The notes beneath the pieces are model-generated. The model was not told the DNA's origin. It made no database searches and was given only the letters and a program-made list of their open reading frames with translations. DNA of 64,000 nucleotides from Myxococcales bacterium. Lineage in GTDB: Bacteria > Myxococcota_A > UBA9042 > JABWCM01 > BTVJ01. Within the stretch, counting starts at the first letter, position 1. Each line of letters begins with the position of its first letter. The translations under genes were made by a program, and so were the position numbers. Positions 21,789-32,700 of the stretch are shown in pieces. Location: assembly GCA_045863395.1 (NCBI GenBank), contig BTVJ01000034.1, forward strand, positions 16,152 through 80,151, in the 5' to 3' direction.

Positions 21789-24700
21789 ATGACTCGTGCC
21801 CGCACATGGCTGCTCCTCGCGCTGGGCGCGGCCGCAGGCTGTGGCGGTGGCGAGGGCGCGTTCTTCGCCGCTCTGCAGGACGCCATCTCCGCCGGCCCCG
21901 ATGCCTCCGTCGCAGTCGCGGCAACCCCGGATGTCCATGCCACCGAGGAGGATGTGTGGGTCATTGGGAGAGCCGACGTCTCGGGGGCCGACGTCGGCGA
22001 CGTGCCAGGGGAACCCAGCTCCGTCGTCTTGGACGCCGTCATCCCGTCGCTGGGTTCGACCGGGGGCGGTGAGATCGTCGCCGTCACCGGAACAGGGTTC
22101 CTGCCCGGAGCCACGGTGCTCTTCGGGGGGACTGCGGGCGCATACACCTTTGTCGAGTCGGAGGGGCGCCTCCTCGTGATGACCCCCGCGCACGCTCCGG
22201 GCAGGGTGGATGTGGAGGTCGTGGTGCCAGATGGCGACCGGGGGCTCCTCCCGAGCGCGTTCGAGTTCGCGAGCCCCGTGCACATCGACGCCGTCGCGCC
22301 TCCGGTGGGGCCCGTAGCGGGGGGGACGCCCATCGAGGTGCTCGGGTCTGGCTTCCTTCCGGGCTCGGTGCTCTTGGTCGGGGGGCTGCCCGCGATCTCG
22401 CCGCTCGTCATTGACGAGGGCCGCATTCAGGCGATCACGCCGCCCGGGGTGCCCGGACCCGCTGACATCCACGTGTCGACGCCCTCGGGCGGCGGAAAGA
22501 AGGATGGCGGCTTCTTCTATACGAGCGCGCCCGAGGTCGATGCGCTGGACCCGTGGAGTGGGACGGCCTTCGGTGGCACCAAGCTGCGCCTCGTGGGGGC
22601 GGCGATGCCGGCGGGGACCGAGGTCTGGCTCGCGGGAGAGCCCGCGACCGTGGTGGAGCCAGGGGACGGCACGTCGATCACCGTGTTGACGCCGGGCGGG
22701 CCTCCCGGGCCGGTGGACGTCGTCGTCGCCAACGAGCATGCGGCGACGCTGCTCCCGGGCGCGTACACCTATACCGCAGAGACTACGGCTCCGACCCTGT
22801 GGAACCTCTGGCCGCACCAGGGCTCCCAGGCTGGTGGCGAGGTGGTGACGCTCACCGTGACGGGGCTTGGGGATGCAGAGGATCTGATCGTGCGCTTTGG
22901 GGCCGTGCCGGCCACCGTTGTGTCGGTCAGCGCGCAAGCCAACACCATCGTGGCGAAGACGCCGGCCTTCCCGGCACCTGGGCCCGTGGACGTCACGGTC
23001 CAAGCGGGCACACAGGAGAGCACGCTGAAGGCGGCTTACCTGGTGCTCGCGCCGCTGGTCGTTACGGGGATCACCCCAGGGACGGGCCCATCGGAGGGCG
23101 GCACCCCCATCGTGGTCAGCGGGCAGGGCTTCGGACCTGCGTCGGAGCTGCGGGTGGGCCCCCTGCCCGCGAGCGCGGTCGCGGTGGTGGACGACCAGAC
23201 AATCCAGGCCGTCACGCCGGCTGGGAGCGCCGGCTACGCAGACGTACACGTCGTGGACGGCGACCGGAAGGCGACGCTGACCGGAGGCTTCCTCTACACG
23301 GGAGCCGACGGCCTGGTCGTCCACGCCCTGGAGCCGACGGCGGGCGCCATGGCGGGCAGCACGTATGTAGAGATCTACGGGAGCGGCTTCGTGCCAGGCA
23401 CGCAGGTCCTGTTCGGGGACACGCCCGCCGCCTCGGTCACGGTGGTCTCGCCCGTGGTGCTCGCCGTCTACAGCCCACCGGGCTTCGTGGAGACAGTGGA
23501 TCTGACGGTGATCACCCCCGCGGCGACCAAGGTGCTGTCCGGGGCGTGGACGTGGTTCAACCCGCTGAGCGACAAGGGGGGGACCTGGGGAGGGCAGATC
23601 GACGGCTCCGTGAACGTGTCGGTGCTGGACGGCATGACCGGAGGGCCGGTCGGCGGGGCCGTGGTGGTGCTGGGGGCGGGCGAGAAGGCGTGGGTCCGCA
23701 TCGCGGACGACAACGGGCAGACGACGTTCAGCAAGAAGGGGCTCTTCGGGCCGGTGCAGATCACGGCCACCAAGGGGGCTCCCCCCATGAAGTACAGTGC
23801 CTACAGCCTCGTGGACTACGACGCAAAGAACGCCACCATCTACCTGATCCCCGAGATCCCGCCCCAGCCGGGTGGAGGAGGAGGCGTCACCGTGCCGGCC
23901 CAGGTCTCGGGCCGCGTCTTCGGGATGGACAAGTACATCCTCCCGCCTCCGGGAGACTGCGCAAAGAAGATCGCCAGCGGCCAGGTGTCCGCATACTGCC
24001 AGCCATGTCAGGACACCGCCGAGTGCACGGCCGTCGGTGCCGGCCCCGGGTGGGTCTGCGCCGAGCTGCTCCAGCCCGACTGGACGCTGGCGCCGTTTTG
24101 CACCACGGCCTGCTCCGTGAACGCCGACTGTCCGACGGGCTACGTCTGCGGCGCCGCGGGCGGGGCCTCCCACTGCCACCCGGCTCCACCGCAGAGGGCC
24201 GCGTTCTGCATGACGAGCAAGGAGAACCACTTCGGCTACCAGCCGCTGTTCGACGCCACCCAGCGCGTGGACGAGGAGGGCAACTACTCGGTGACAGCGC
24301 GGGTAGGGGAGCTGGCCATCGTCTGCTGGGGCGGCTGGGTCGACGAGCTCGGGGCGTTCACGCCGTCGGTGATGGGTGTCAGGCGCCATGTGTTCACATG
24401 GTCGGGCGGGCTGATCGATGGTCAGGACGTCACGCTGAACATCCCCGCGCAGCACACGCTCCGCGCACGATTCCTGGAGCCCCCGACCCACCCGAGCGGC
24501 CTGAGCTCGCCCTACTTCAAGTTCAGCCTGCAGCTCGACGGTGAGGATGGCTACATCCAGGTGCCGGAGGCTCCCCTCGACCCCAAGGGCCCACTGTTCG
24601 AGTTCCGGGGCTACCCGGAGCGGCTCGACGGGCCGCTGTTTGGGGCGACCTACAGCTTCTACACCTCGCTCTACGCGGCGACCACGACCGGGATGCCCTA

Positions 24701-25922
24701 TGGGGTCGTGTTCGCGCAGGGTGTGGCGGACATCGTGGGGGAGAGCGTGGTGGTGAGGAGCGAGGGCGGATGGACGCCGCTCGGGAAGGAGATCCGTCGC
24801 GACCTTGCCGGCATCTGGGGCGCTCCGGGGGGCGATCTGTGGGCCGTAGGGCCGGGTGGGCTCATCGTGCGCGGCGGGCCAGCCGGGTGGTGGCCGCAGG
24901 GGGCCATCGTCAAGTCGGACCTGAACGCCGTCTGGGGCTCGGCATCCGACGACGTCTGGGCCGTGGGCGCGGGTGGCGTGGCTCTGCACTTCGACGGGCT
25001 GCTGTGGTCGCTGGTGCCGACGGGGACTCTGGAGGACCTGCACGACGTCTGGGGAGCGGGCCCGTCGGACGTCTACGCAGTGGGGGACGGAGGCGTCCTG
25101 CACTGGGACGGGGGCTCGTGGACCCCTGTGCCGCTCGACCACACCAAGCTCCTGACGGGCGTCACGGGAGACGCGGGCAACCTGTGGGCCGTCGGCGCGG
25201 ACGGGAAGGTCGTCCACCGGAGCGGGCAGAGCTGGGTTGCGTCCTTCGTGGCGCCCGGGCAGTCACTCCACGCCGTCTGGGCCGGCGATGGCCTCGTCGT
25301 GGCGGTCGGAGACGGGGGGACGGTGCGGGTACGCAAGGGAGGGGCATGGAGTGAGGTGCCGGTTCCCACGACGGCCACCCTCCGCGGGGTCTGGGGGAGG
25401 GCCGCCAACGACGTGGTCGTGGTGGGCGATGGCGGCACGATCCTGCGGTGGGACGGCGTCGCGTGGCACGACGAGTCCGACCCGACCCTGGGTGTCGACC
25501 TGCGCGCCGTCTGGACAGGGCCCGAGGGGGGAGCGGCCGTGGGGCACTTCAGCGTGCTCATCGGTCCGTTCATGCCCTTCCCGAAGATCACGACGCCGAT
25601 GGACGGCGCCTCGCTGACAGACCACCGGATCACGTGGGACCTGCCAGCAGCCGCGGTGGACATCCACGGTGTGACGCTGAGCGCTGAGAACGGCTCGCCC
25701 GCCTGGCAGATGCTCGTTGACGGCGACGTGGACCGGGTGGACCTGCCGGACTTCCAGGCGCTCCAGGCGCTGGAGGTGCTGCCGCCAGGGGCGATTCGGA
25801 TGAACCTCACGCACATCCGCTTCAACGCAGCCACTCCCTTCGACCTGAACTCCTACATCAGCCAGGATCTGAGCCTGTACCGCCGCTTCACCTGGTCTAT
25901 CGGCCAGGTGGTCTCCTGGTAG
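21789..25922 (+). CDS. Large surface lipoprotein: 6 IPT/TIG repeats, Cys-rich segment, 7-blade VWG-repeat propeller
   Basis: AAGC lipobox; six P..G...GG..V.V.G.GF repeats; seven L..(V/I)WG....D(V/L)WAVG..G-type repeats near the C-terminus. Confidence 0.88.
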   Translation: MTRARTWLLLALGAAAGCGGGEGAFFAALQDAISAGPDASVAVAATPDVHATEEDVWVIGRADVSGADVGDVPGEPSSVVLDAVIPSLGSTGGGEIVAVTGTGFLPGATVLFGGTAGAYTFVESEGRLLVMTPAHAPGRVDVEVVVPDGDRGLLPSAFEFASPVHIDAVAPPVGPVAGGTPIEVLGSGFLPGSVLLVGGLPAISPLVIDEGRIQAITPPGVPGPADIHVSTPSGGGKKDGGFFYTSAPEVDALDPWSGTAFGGTKLRLVGAAMPAGTEVWLAGEPATVVEPGDGTSITVLTPGGPPGPVDVVVANEHAATLLPGAYTYTAETTAPTLWNLWPHQGSQAGGEVVTLTVTGLGDAEDLIVRFGAVPATVVSVSAQANTIVAKTPAFPAPGPVDVTVQAGTQESTLKAAYLVLAPLVVTGITPGTGPSEGGTPIVVSGQGFGPASELRVGPLPASAVAVVDDQTIQAVTPAGSAGYADVHVVDGDRKATLTGGFLYTGADGLVVHALEPTAGAMAGSTYVEIYGSGFVPGTQVLFGDTPAASVTVVSPVVLAVYSPPGFVETVDLTVITPAATKVLSGAWTWFNPLSDKGGTWGGQIDGSVNVSVLDGMTGGPVGGAVVVLGAGEKAWVRIADDNGQTTFSKKGLFGPVQITATKGAPPMKYSAYSLVDYDAKNATIYLIPEIPPQPGGGGGVTVPAQVSGRVFGMDKYILPPPGDCAKKIASGQVSAYCQPCQDTAECTAVGAGPGWVCAELLQPDWTLAPFCTTACSVNADCPTGYVCGAAGGASHCHPAPPQRAAFCMTSKENHFGYQPLFDATQRVDEEGNYSVTARVGELAIVCWGGWVDELGAFTPSVMGVRRHVFTWSGGLIDGQDVTLNIPAQHTLRARFLEPPTHPSGLSSPYFKFSLQLDGEDGYIQVPEAPLDPKGPLFEFRGYPERLDGPLFGATYSFYTSLYAATTTGMPYGVVFAQGVADIVGESVVVRSEGGWTPLGKEIRRDLAGIWGAPGGDLWAVGPGGLIVRGGPAGWWPQGAIVKSDLNAVWGSASDDVWAVGAGGVALHFDGLLWSLVPTGTLEDLHDVWGAGPSDVYAVGDGGVLHWDGGSWTPVPLDHTKLLTGVTGDAGNLWAVGADGKVVHRSGQSWVASFVAPGQSLHAVWAGDGLVVAVGDGGTVRVRKGGAWSEVPVPTTATLRGVWGRAANDVVVVGDGGTILRWDGVAWHDESDPTLGVDLRAVWTGPEGGAAVGHFSVLIGPFMPFPKITTPMDGASLTDHRITWDLPAAAVDIHGVTLSAENGSPAWQMLVDGDVDRVDLPDFQALQALEVLPPGAIRMNLTHIRFNAATPFDLNSYISQDLSLYRRFTWSIGQVVSW

Positions 25923-25927
25923 GCGCC

Positions 25928-28498
25928 GTGACCCTCCTCGCTCGCTCATGCTTGCTCTCGCTTGTCATTGCGGCCTCCTGTGCGGACGACGCCTCGGATG
26001 GCGCTGACGTGATGAGCGCACCCGGGGACGTCGTGGGCGACGTCGGGGACGCGCAGGATGGCGGAACGGACGTGGATCCGGCGGACGTGCCGTTCGCGGA
26101 CGGCGCGGCACCGGCGGATGTGCCCGAGACCGGCGAAGTGGGAGAGGTGGACGACGGAGACGCCTCGCCAGAGCCCGACGCCGGAGACACGCCGGCCATG
26201 GACGCAGGCGAGCCGGACGGAGACGCCGGCGGCTGCGTCCTGAGCAACGGCGGGGTCGAGACCTGCAACGGCGTCGACGACGACTGCGACGGCCAGGTGG
26301 ACGAGGACACCTGCGACGATGGGGACCCGTGCACGTTCGACGTGTGTATTGCAGGAGTGGGGTGTGGCATCGACCCATACGTGGTGATCTGCTGCGACAC
26401 GGCCGCGGACTGCTACGACGCCAACTCCTGCACCAACGAGGACTGCGTGGACGGCGTGTGCTCCTACGAGCTGAACCTCCCCGGCATCTGCTGCTTCTCC
26501 GACGCGGACTGCGACGACCAGAACGAGTGCACGGACGACCTGTGCATGGGGAGCTACTGCCAGCACTACGCCAGCAAGGCCCCTGGCTGCTGCTCCATCA
26601 CCGCGGACTGCAACGACGGTGACCCCTGCACGCTGGATCTCTGCGACCAGTACCACTGTGCCCACGCCAACACCTGCTGCACCAGCGACGCGGAGTGCGC
26701 TGACGGCGACGACAAGTGCACCATTGACCAGTGCCTGGAGCAGACGTGCGTCCACACGCCAACGCTGGCGCAAGGGTGCTGCATCGAGTCCATCTACGTG
26801 GGCGACTTCGAGGACGGGACGACGGAGGGCCACGCCATCTACAACTCCGTTCCCGGGACGGGGTGGCAGGTGGTGACGACCGGCAGGGCCGTCTCGGGCA
26901 ATGGCGCCCTCTACTACGGAAACCCATTCACCTGGACCTACGACACGGGCGCCCAGTCCAACCACGGGTCGGCGTCGGGGCCGGTCATGATCCTGCCGGC
27001 CGCCGTGGACGTGAAGATGCAGTTCATGCTGTGGATGGCCACGGAGGGGACGCTGGCGGTGGATCAGCTCACGGTCCGCGTGCTGCTCGTGGAGGGCGGG
27101 GTGGTCTCCAAGCTGCCCATCGTGTGGACCAAGGCGAAGCTCCCGCAGTACGCGACCTGGGTGCCGGTGCAGATCGACCTGAGCGCCTTCGCCGGGCAGA
27201 TGATCCGCGTGAGCTTCGACTTCAACACCATCGACGCCACCTTCAACAGCTTCGAAGGCATCTATCTCGACGACCTCTTCGTCGTCTCGACCTGCAAGGC
27301 GCGATCATGTGCTGGCCAGCCCGACTGCGACGACGGGCTCTCCATCACCGAGGAGAAGTGCGCCGGCGGGTTCTGCGCGTATCAGCTCTCGCCGGGATAC
27401 TGCGAGTACGACTTCCAGTGCAACGACTCCAACGACTGCACCACGGACAAGTGCGTCGCCAACGTGTGCACCTACTCGGAGTCGGACGGGTGCTGCCTGA
27501 CCGACGCAGACTGCGACGATGGGCTAGCGTGCACCATGGACACGTGCTACCCGTCCTGGCCAGTCAACATCTGCTCCCACCTGTGGAAGTCGGGGTGCTG
27601 CCAGAACGACGCGGTCGGCAAGGCCATCGGCTGTGACGACCTCGACCCGTGCACGACGGACACCTGCCCCGAGGATGGGAAGGCGTGTGTCCATACGCCG
27701 GTCCCGGACTGCTGCGTCAAGGACGCCGACTGCGAGGATGGCGACGCCTGCACCCTCGACATCTGCCAGGCATCGAGCTGCCTCCACGTGAACCAGTGCT
27801 GTGCGTCGGATGCGGACTGCGACGACGGGGACGACCTGTGCACCGCAGAGGCGTGTGTGGGTGGCAAGTGCAAGGTGTCACTGGTGTCGCTGCCCGGATG
27901 CTGCACGTCGACGATGCTCGCCGAGAGCTTCGACTCCCCGGGCGGGTGGACTCTGTCGCCAGTGACTCCGCCCGTCGGGGGCGTCTCCTGGAACCAGAGC
28001 TCGCTCCAGTCCCACTCACCGCCGTCCTCCGCGTGGTTCGGCGACCCGATCACGGGCACCTACGACGCCGCGGGCAAGACGGCCTATGGGGTGCTCCAGT
28101 CGGGGCCGCTGGATGTCCCAGTCGGGGCCTTCACCTGGGTCAGCCTCTGGTTCTGGCTCGGCAACGAGTTCGCGTTCGGCGGCTACCCCAACGCCGAGTG
28201 GGATCGCCTGCGCGTGGAGGTGCAGCTCTTGGATGCGCAGCAGCAACTGGACGGGCCCCCCAAGGTCCTCTGGGACTCGGCGTGGGGGACCCCCACGTGG
28301 TGGACCGAGGGTGCGCAGGGGAAGCCGACGGGACCCAAGTGGACCTCGCTGGACCAGGTGGATCTCACGCCCTTTGCGGGCAAGCGCCTCGCGCTCCGGG
28401 TGGTGTTCGACAGCCTGGATGGCGACGCCAACGGCTACCCGGGGGCGTTCGTCGACGACGTGATCGTGACGCGGACCTGCGGGCCGCAGCCGAAGTAG
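25928..28498 (+). CDS. Cys-rich repeat lipoprotein with two MAM/adhesin-like beta-sandwich domains
   Basis: AASC lipobox; ETCNGVDDDCDGQVDE; many CC..DADCDDG..CT.D.C repeats; two domains ending DLSAFAGQ...EGIYLDD and DLTPFAGK...PGAFVDD. Confidence 0.85.
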   Translation: MTLLARSCLLSLVIAASCADDASDGADVMSAPGDVVGDVGDAQDGGTDVDPADVPFADGAAPADVPETGEVGEVDDGDASPEPDAGDTPAMDAGEPDGDAGGCVLSNGGVETCNGVDDDCDGQVDEDTCDDGDPCTFDVCIAGVGCGIDPYVVICCDTAADCYDANSCTNEDCVDGVCSYELNLPGICCFSDADCDDQNECTDDLCMGSYCQHYASKAPGCCSITADCNDGDPCTLDLCDQYHCAHANTCCTSDAECADGDDKCTIDQCLEQTCVHTPTLAQGCCIESIYVGDFEDGTTEGHAIYNSVPGTGWQVVTTGRAVSGNGALYYGNPFTWTYDTGAQSNHGSASGPVMILPAAVDVKMQFMLWMATEGTLAVDQLTVRVLLVEGGVVSKLPIVWTKAKLPQYATWVPVQIDLSAFAGQMIRVSFDFNTIDATFNSFEGIYLDDLFVVSTCKARSCAGQPDCDDGLSITEEKCAGGFCAYQLSPGYCEYDFQCNDSNDCTTDKCVANVCTYSESDGCCLTDADCDDGLACTMDTCYPSWPVNICSHLWKSGCCQNDAVGKAIGCDDLDPCTTDTCPEDGKACVHTPVPDCCVKDADCEDGDACTLDICQASSCLHVNQCCASDADCDDGDDLCTAEACVGGKCKVSLVSLPGCCTSTMLAESFDSPGGWTLSPVTPPVGGVSWNQSSLQSHSPPSSAWFGDPITGTYDAAGKTAYGVLQSGPLDVPVGAFTWVSLWFWLGNEFAFGGYPNAEWDRLRVEVQLLDAQQQLDGPPKVLWDSAWGTPTWWTEGAQGKPTGPKWTSLDQVDLTPFAGKRLALRVVFDSLDGDANGYPGAFVDDVIVTRTCGPQPK

Positions 28499-28501
28499 GC
28501 G

Positions 28502-29653
28502 TCAGCGGCGCAGGCGGAGCCAGGTGCGGACCTTCTGGATGAGCCCCGGGCGGTCCGACTCGACGTCGTCTTCGTCCAGATCGATGACCTCCGCCACCTC
28601 GGCGTAGGGGACGTCGGGCGCCGCGTCGGAGCGCTCGATGCCGGCCGCGCGACGGATGGACCGCCACCAGGGGTCTCCGGTGCCGAGCTCCTCCTCGAAG
28701 AGCCTGCCCTCCTGACGGATCAGCTCTCGGGCCGCGTCGATGGCGCCCCGGCGCAGCGCCCCCTCGATGAGGTCGGCGGCCGTCTCCAGATGCAGGCCCC
28801 GCGCCTCTGCGTAGAGGGGAGAGCTCGGACCGATGTGGCGCACCAGGGCCAGCGCCTCCTCCAGCTCGCCGCTCTCCCGCGCCGCGACCACGGCGCCCAG
28901 GAGCTTCTGCTGGTGCGGCAGCGGGTCGGCAGCGCGGGCCACGTCCATGAGCTGCGCCACATCCGCGTCGGTGCGCACGCTCCGGGGCAGGTCCTTCAGG
29001 CGGCGGTGGACCTCGGCGACCTGGCCGGCGTCCGCGAGCACCGCGATGGCCATGATGTCTGCGGCGTAGCACAGGGCGCCCAGATCCGCCTCCATGGCGT
29101 CGGCGACCTCTGGGCTGTGGAGATCGGCGCGCAACGCCTCGATCTCTGGGTGGGCGCTTCGGGCGAGGACCTCCATGGCCAAGCGCCGGTAGGCGCGGCG
29201 CTCGCCCTGGTGGCCGCCGGTGCCGGCGAGGCGCCGCAGGGTCGCGACCTCCGGGGCGAGGTCCTCCGGCGCGTTGGGCCAGGCGTCCGCTAGATCCACC
29301 ACCGCGTGGACCACCGCCGCCGCCTCCTCCCAGGTCGGGACCACCTGGACGTCGAAGCCCACGCGGCCCCCCGCGGGGTCCTCGAGGAGCACATAGAACG
29401 GGAAGCCGCTGGCCGGGGGGGGCACCAGGTACCGATCCCCCGGCAGCGCGGGGCAGGCGGCCCCCTCCCCGCCTGCGACGACGAAGGCCCCCTCGACTGC
29501 CGTGCCCGGGAAGGGCCGGACGCGGATGACGAGGGGCCCCAGATCCTTCACCGCTGATCGGCGCCCCACCCACTCCAGGCGGGCAGCGACGCGGCCTCGT
29601 CCATGGACGGCCACCTGAAAGGACTGCCACCGGATCGTCAGCTCGGATGTCAT
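28502..29653 (-). CDS. Hypothetical protein
   Basis: SD GGAGG before ATG 29653 (MTSELTIRW...). The upstream part of the listed 620-aa ORF is out-of-frame overlap with the neighbouring gene. Confidence 0.7.
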   Translation of the reverse strand: MTSELTIRWQSFQVAVHGRGRVAARLEWVGRRSAVKDLGPLVIRVRPFPGTAVEGAFVVAGGEGAACPALPGDRYLVPPPASGFPFYVLLEDPAGGRVGFDVQVVPTWEEAAAVVHAVVDLADAWPNAPEDLAPEVATLRRLAGTGGHQGERRAYRRLAMEVLARSAHPEIEALRADLHSPEVADAMEADLGALCYAADIMAIAVLADAGQVAEVHRRLKDLPRSVRTDADVAQLMDVARAADPLPHQQKLLGAVVAARESGELEEALALVRHIGPSSPLYAEARGLHLETAADLIEGALRRGAIDAARELIRQEGRLFEEELGTGDPWWRSIRRAAGIERSDAAPDVPYAEVAEVIDLDEDDVESDRPGLIQKVRTWLRLRR

Positions 29654-29706
29654 GCCACCTCCCTCATCGACGGGGCCATCCTGCACCATGGGCTCCCACG
29701 CCGCAA

Positions 29707-32700
29707 TCAGAAGTTGGCGGAGCCGGTCGGGCCGAAGGCGCCACCTTCGCCGGGCTCTCCGACGCTGACGCCGCCGGAGCCTCCCAGGCCACCGGTCCCG
29801 CCGGGCTGGAAGGCATTTGATGCCTTGAGCGGGCTCAGGTCCAAGGGTCCTTGTCCAGCCGCGAACAGCGCGAAGCTCGGCCCCCCGCACCCTCCTCCTC
29901 CGCCTCCTCCGTGCCCGCCGCTGCCTCCGGCGCCTCCATGGCCGCCCTGCCCCGCGCACTGGGTCGTCGGGTTCGCCGCGCCGCTGGCACCGCCGGACGC
30001 CCCATCGCCGCCAGCACCGCCGACCCCTCCCTGGCCACCCGCCCCGCCCTTCCCTCCGTTGCCGCTGCGGATGGTGTTGTCGAGCAGCGTGGGCGCGCTC
30101 ACCGGCGGAGTGGTCCAGACGAGGAAGACCCCGAAGGACCCCCCGCCGCTCGACGCCGCGCCACCCGGGCCGCCGGCGCAGCCCCCGGCGCCGCCGCCGC
30201 CGCCGCTGCCGCCGAGGTCCGTGCCACCGTCCCCGCACGACGACAGCTCCACGCCGCCGCCCGCCCCGCCGCCACCGCCACCGCCCCCTGGCGAGCCGGG
30301 TCCGCCCGAGGTGGGCTGCGCCGCGACCCACTCCCCGGCAATGATCACGCCATCGCCGGCGCACGCCTGGCCGCCGAGGCCGCTCAGCCCCGGGACGCCG
30401 CTCTTCCCGTCCTCACCCACCCAGGTGTTGGGGGCCGGAGGCGAGATGCAGTTGGTGCACACCTGCGCGGACCACTTGAGGAAGTCCCAGCCGGGGACGC
30501 CGCCGGCCCCGCCCGGCCCCGCGTTGTTGGCACCCGGTGCCCCGCCCTCGCCAGGGGCGGGCGACTGCGTGATGGGCGGCGAGTAGGGCTGGGCCCCGCT
30601 CTCGTCGTAGTCCGGGCACACGGACGTTCCCCCGCCACCGCCCGACACGTCCACGGCGCCGCACGCCATGGTACCTCCGGCGCCGCCCGGGTTGGTCTTG
30701 CCGGCGCACTCCACGTGCTCCGTCGCCCCCAACCCGGGCTGCCCTGCCTCCCCGGCGGTCCCGCTGACCCCCGCGCTCCCCGGGAGGCCGTCGCCCCCGT
30801 TGCCTGCGTTGATCGTCGCGTTGGACACCACCACGCCCGCGTGGACGTTGCGGAGCATCACCGCGTAGCTGCTCTTTCCAGGCAAGGACGTGCTGTGGCC
30901 GAACACCGTGACTCCGTCGATGGCGGTTGGGGTAGCGGCTGTGCCGGGATCGAGGATGTTGACGGCGGCGGGGAGACCGGCGCTCGGCGCCACCCCCATG
31001 AGCACCGTCTCGTACAGGACGCGGTCGCGCACCGTGAAGTCCGCACTGTAGCCGCCGTAGACGCCCACGCCCGTCGCTGCGAGCACAGACTCCTGGTAGA
31101 CGCCCGTCGCCACGTAGACGTCCCGGAGGCCCAGCTCCACGGCCCGGTCGATGCCCCGCTGCACCGTCAGGACCGGCTCGTCCTGCGTCCCCGCCCCACC
31201 GTCCGAGCCGTTCTTGGCGACGAACACCGCGTTCTGGACCTCGCCGTCCACGCCGTCGCAGTCGCTGTCCACCCCGTCGGGGACGTCGTCCCCCGGCTGG
31301 ATCTGGCACTCACAGCCATCGACGGGGTTCCCGTTGACGTCCACCCAGCCGCCGTCACACTTCAGCGCGCACGCCGGGATCAGGGGAGCCGGGTCGCACA
31401 CCCCGACGCCGTTGTCTACCGGTAGCGCCGCGCAGTTGTTGTCGCACTTGCCGCAGTGGTTGTCGGACACGTAGCGACCCACGGCGTCCACGAAGGCCTC
31501 GTCCGCCGCACCGTTGCAGTCGTTGTCCTTGCCGTCGCAGACGTCCGCGGGGAGCACGCAGGGCTCCCAGCCACCCGGGCCGCAAGACTGGATTCCGACG
31601 CAGGTCGTGGCGGGGGTCGTCGGGTCCGCAGGGTCGGCCCAGGTCAGGGAGCACGCCTTCTTGAGGTCCGGGTTGGAGCCGTCGCAGGAGCACGTCCCCG
31701 ACGCGGGCTGACACTGGGAGCCGCCGTCCCACGGGAGGCAGGAGTAGCCGAAGGGGCAGTCGTCAGGGCCGCCGCACTCCTTTCCACAGTACTTGCCATC
31801 TCCCAGCGCCATGCAGCGTGCGCCATCCAGGAAGCAGTCCGTGTCCTTGGCGCAGGGCTGGCAGAGGCTCGTGGTCACCGGGATGCACTGGTACTCGTTG
31901 AGCTTGAAGAAGCCCTCGTCGCAGGACTCGATGACGCACTGGGGTGGGTCCTTGGAGGCATCGCAGATCGCGACCCCGTGGATGCCCGCCTGGGCGCAGC
32001 TCTTGTTGCACGTGCCGCAGTGGTCGGTCGCCGCGTAGAGATCGCCTGTGCGGAAGTCCTCATCCACGAGGCCGTCGCAGTCGTCGTCCTTGAAGTTGCA
32101 CAGCTCGGGGCTTGGTGACGGGGCATTGCAGAGCCACCCATTGACGCCAAGGCACACGTCCGTGCCCTGGCAGGCGCCGACGCTGGCCTCCTCCTTGACG
32201 CACGTCTGGTCGACGGGCAGGCCGTCATCCACGGTCCCGTTGCAGTCGTCGTCCACGCCGTTGCACTCCTCGGGGGCGGGCGCCGCGGCCGTGCACCCCA
32301 CCCAGCCCTGCGAGGGGTCACAGGTCTCGACGCCCCAGCAGGTCTTGCCCTCGTCCGTGACGGAGCAGGGGCGCGTCGCGCCGGCCTGGTCCCCAGCGCA
32401 GTCGCAGGAGCCGGTCTGCGGCAGGCAGACCGGACCGAGGCCCAGCGCGTCGGCGGACGGGTCCTGGGCGCAGGAGTAGCCCGGCGCGCAGGCTGCCGAC
32501 GAGCACGCCTGGGTGCAGAAGCGGCCGCCGGCCAGGTCCAGGCACACGCCGGAGCCGCACTGGTCGTCCGTCTGGCATGGGGCGCAGAGGCGCAGCGCGT
32601 CGGGGACACAGATGAACACCACGTCGGGCAACAGGTTGAGCACGCTCCGGCAGGCGAAGCCCTCGGGGCACTGGTCGGACAGGCACTCCCGCGTGCAGAT

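Noticed and set aside
29654..30364. Arg-rich extension of ORF 28502-30364
   Set aside because: It is an alternative frame of the Gly-rich tail of the upstream gene.
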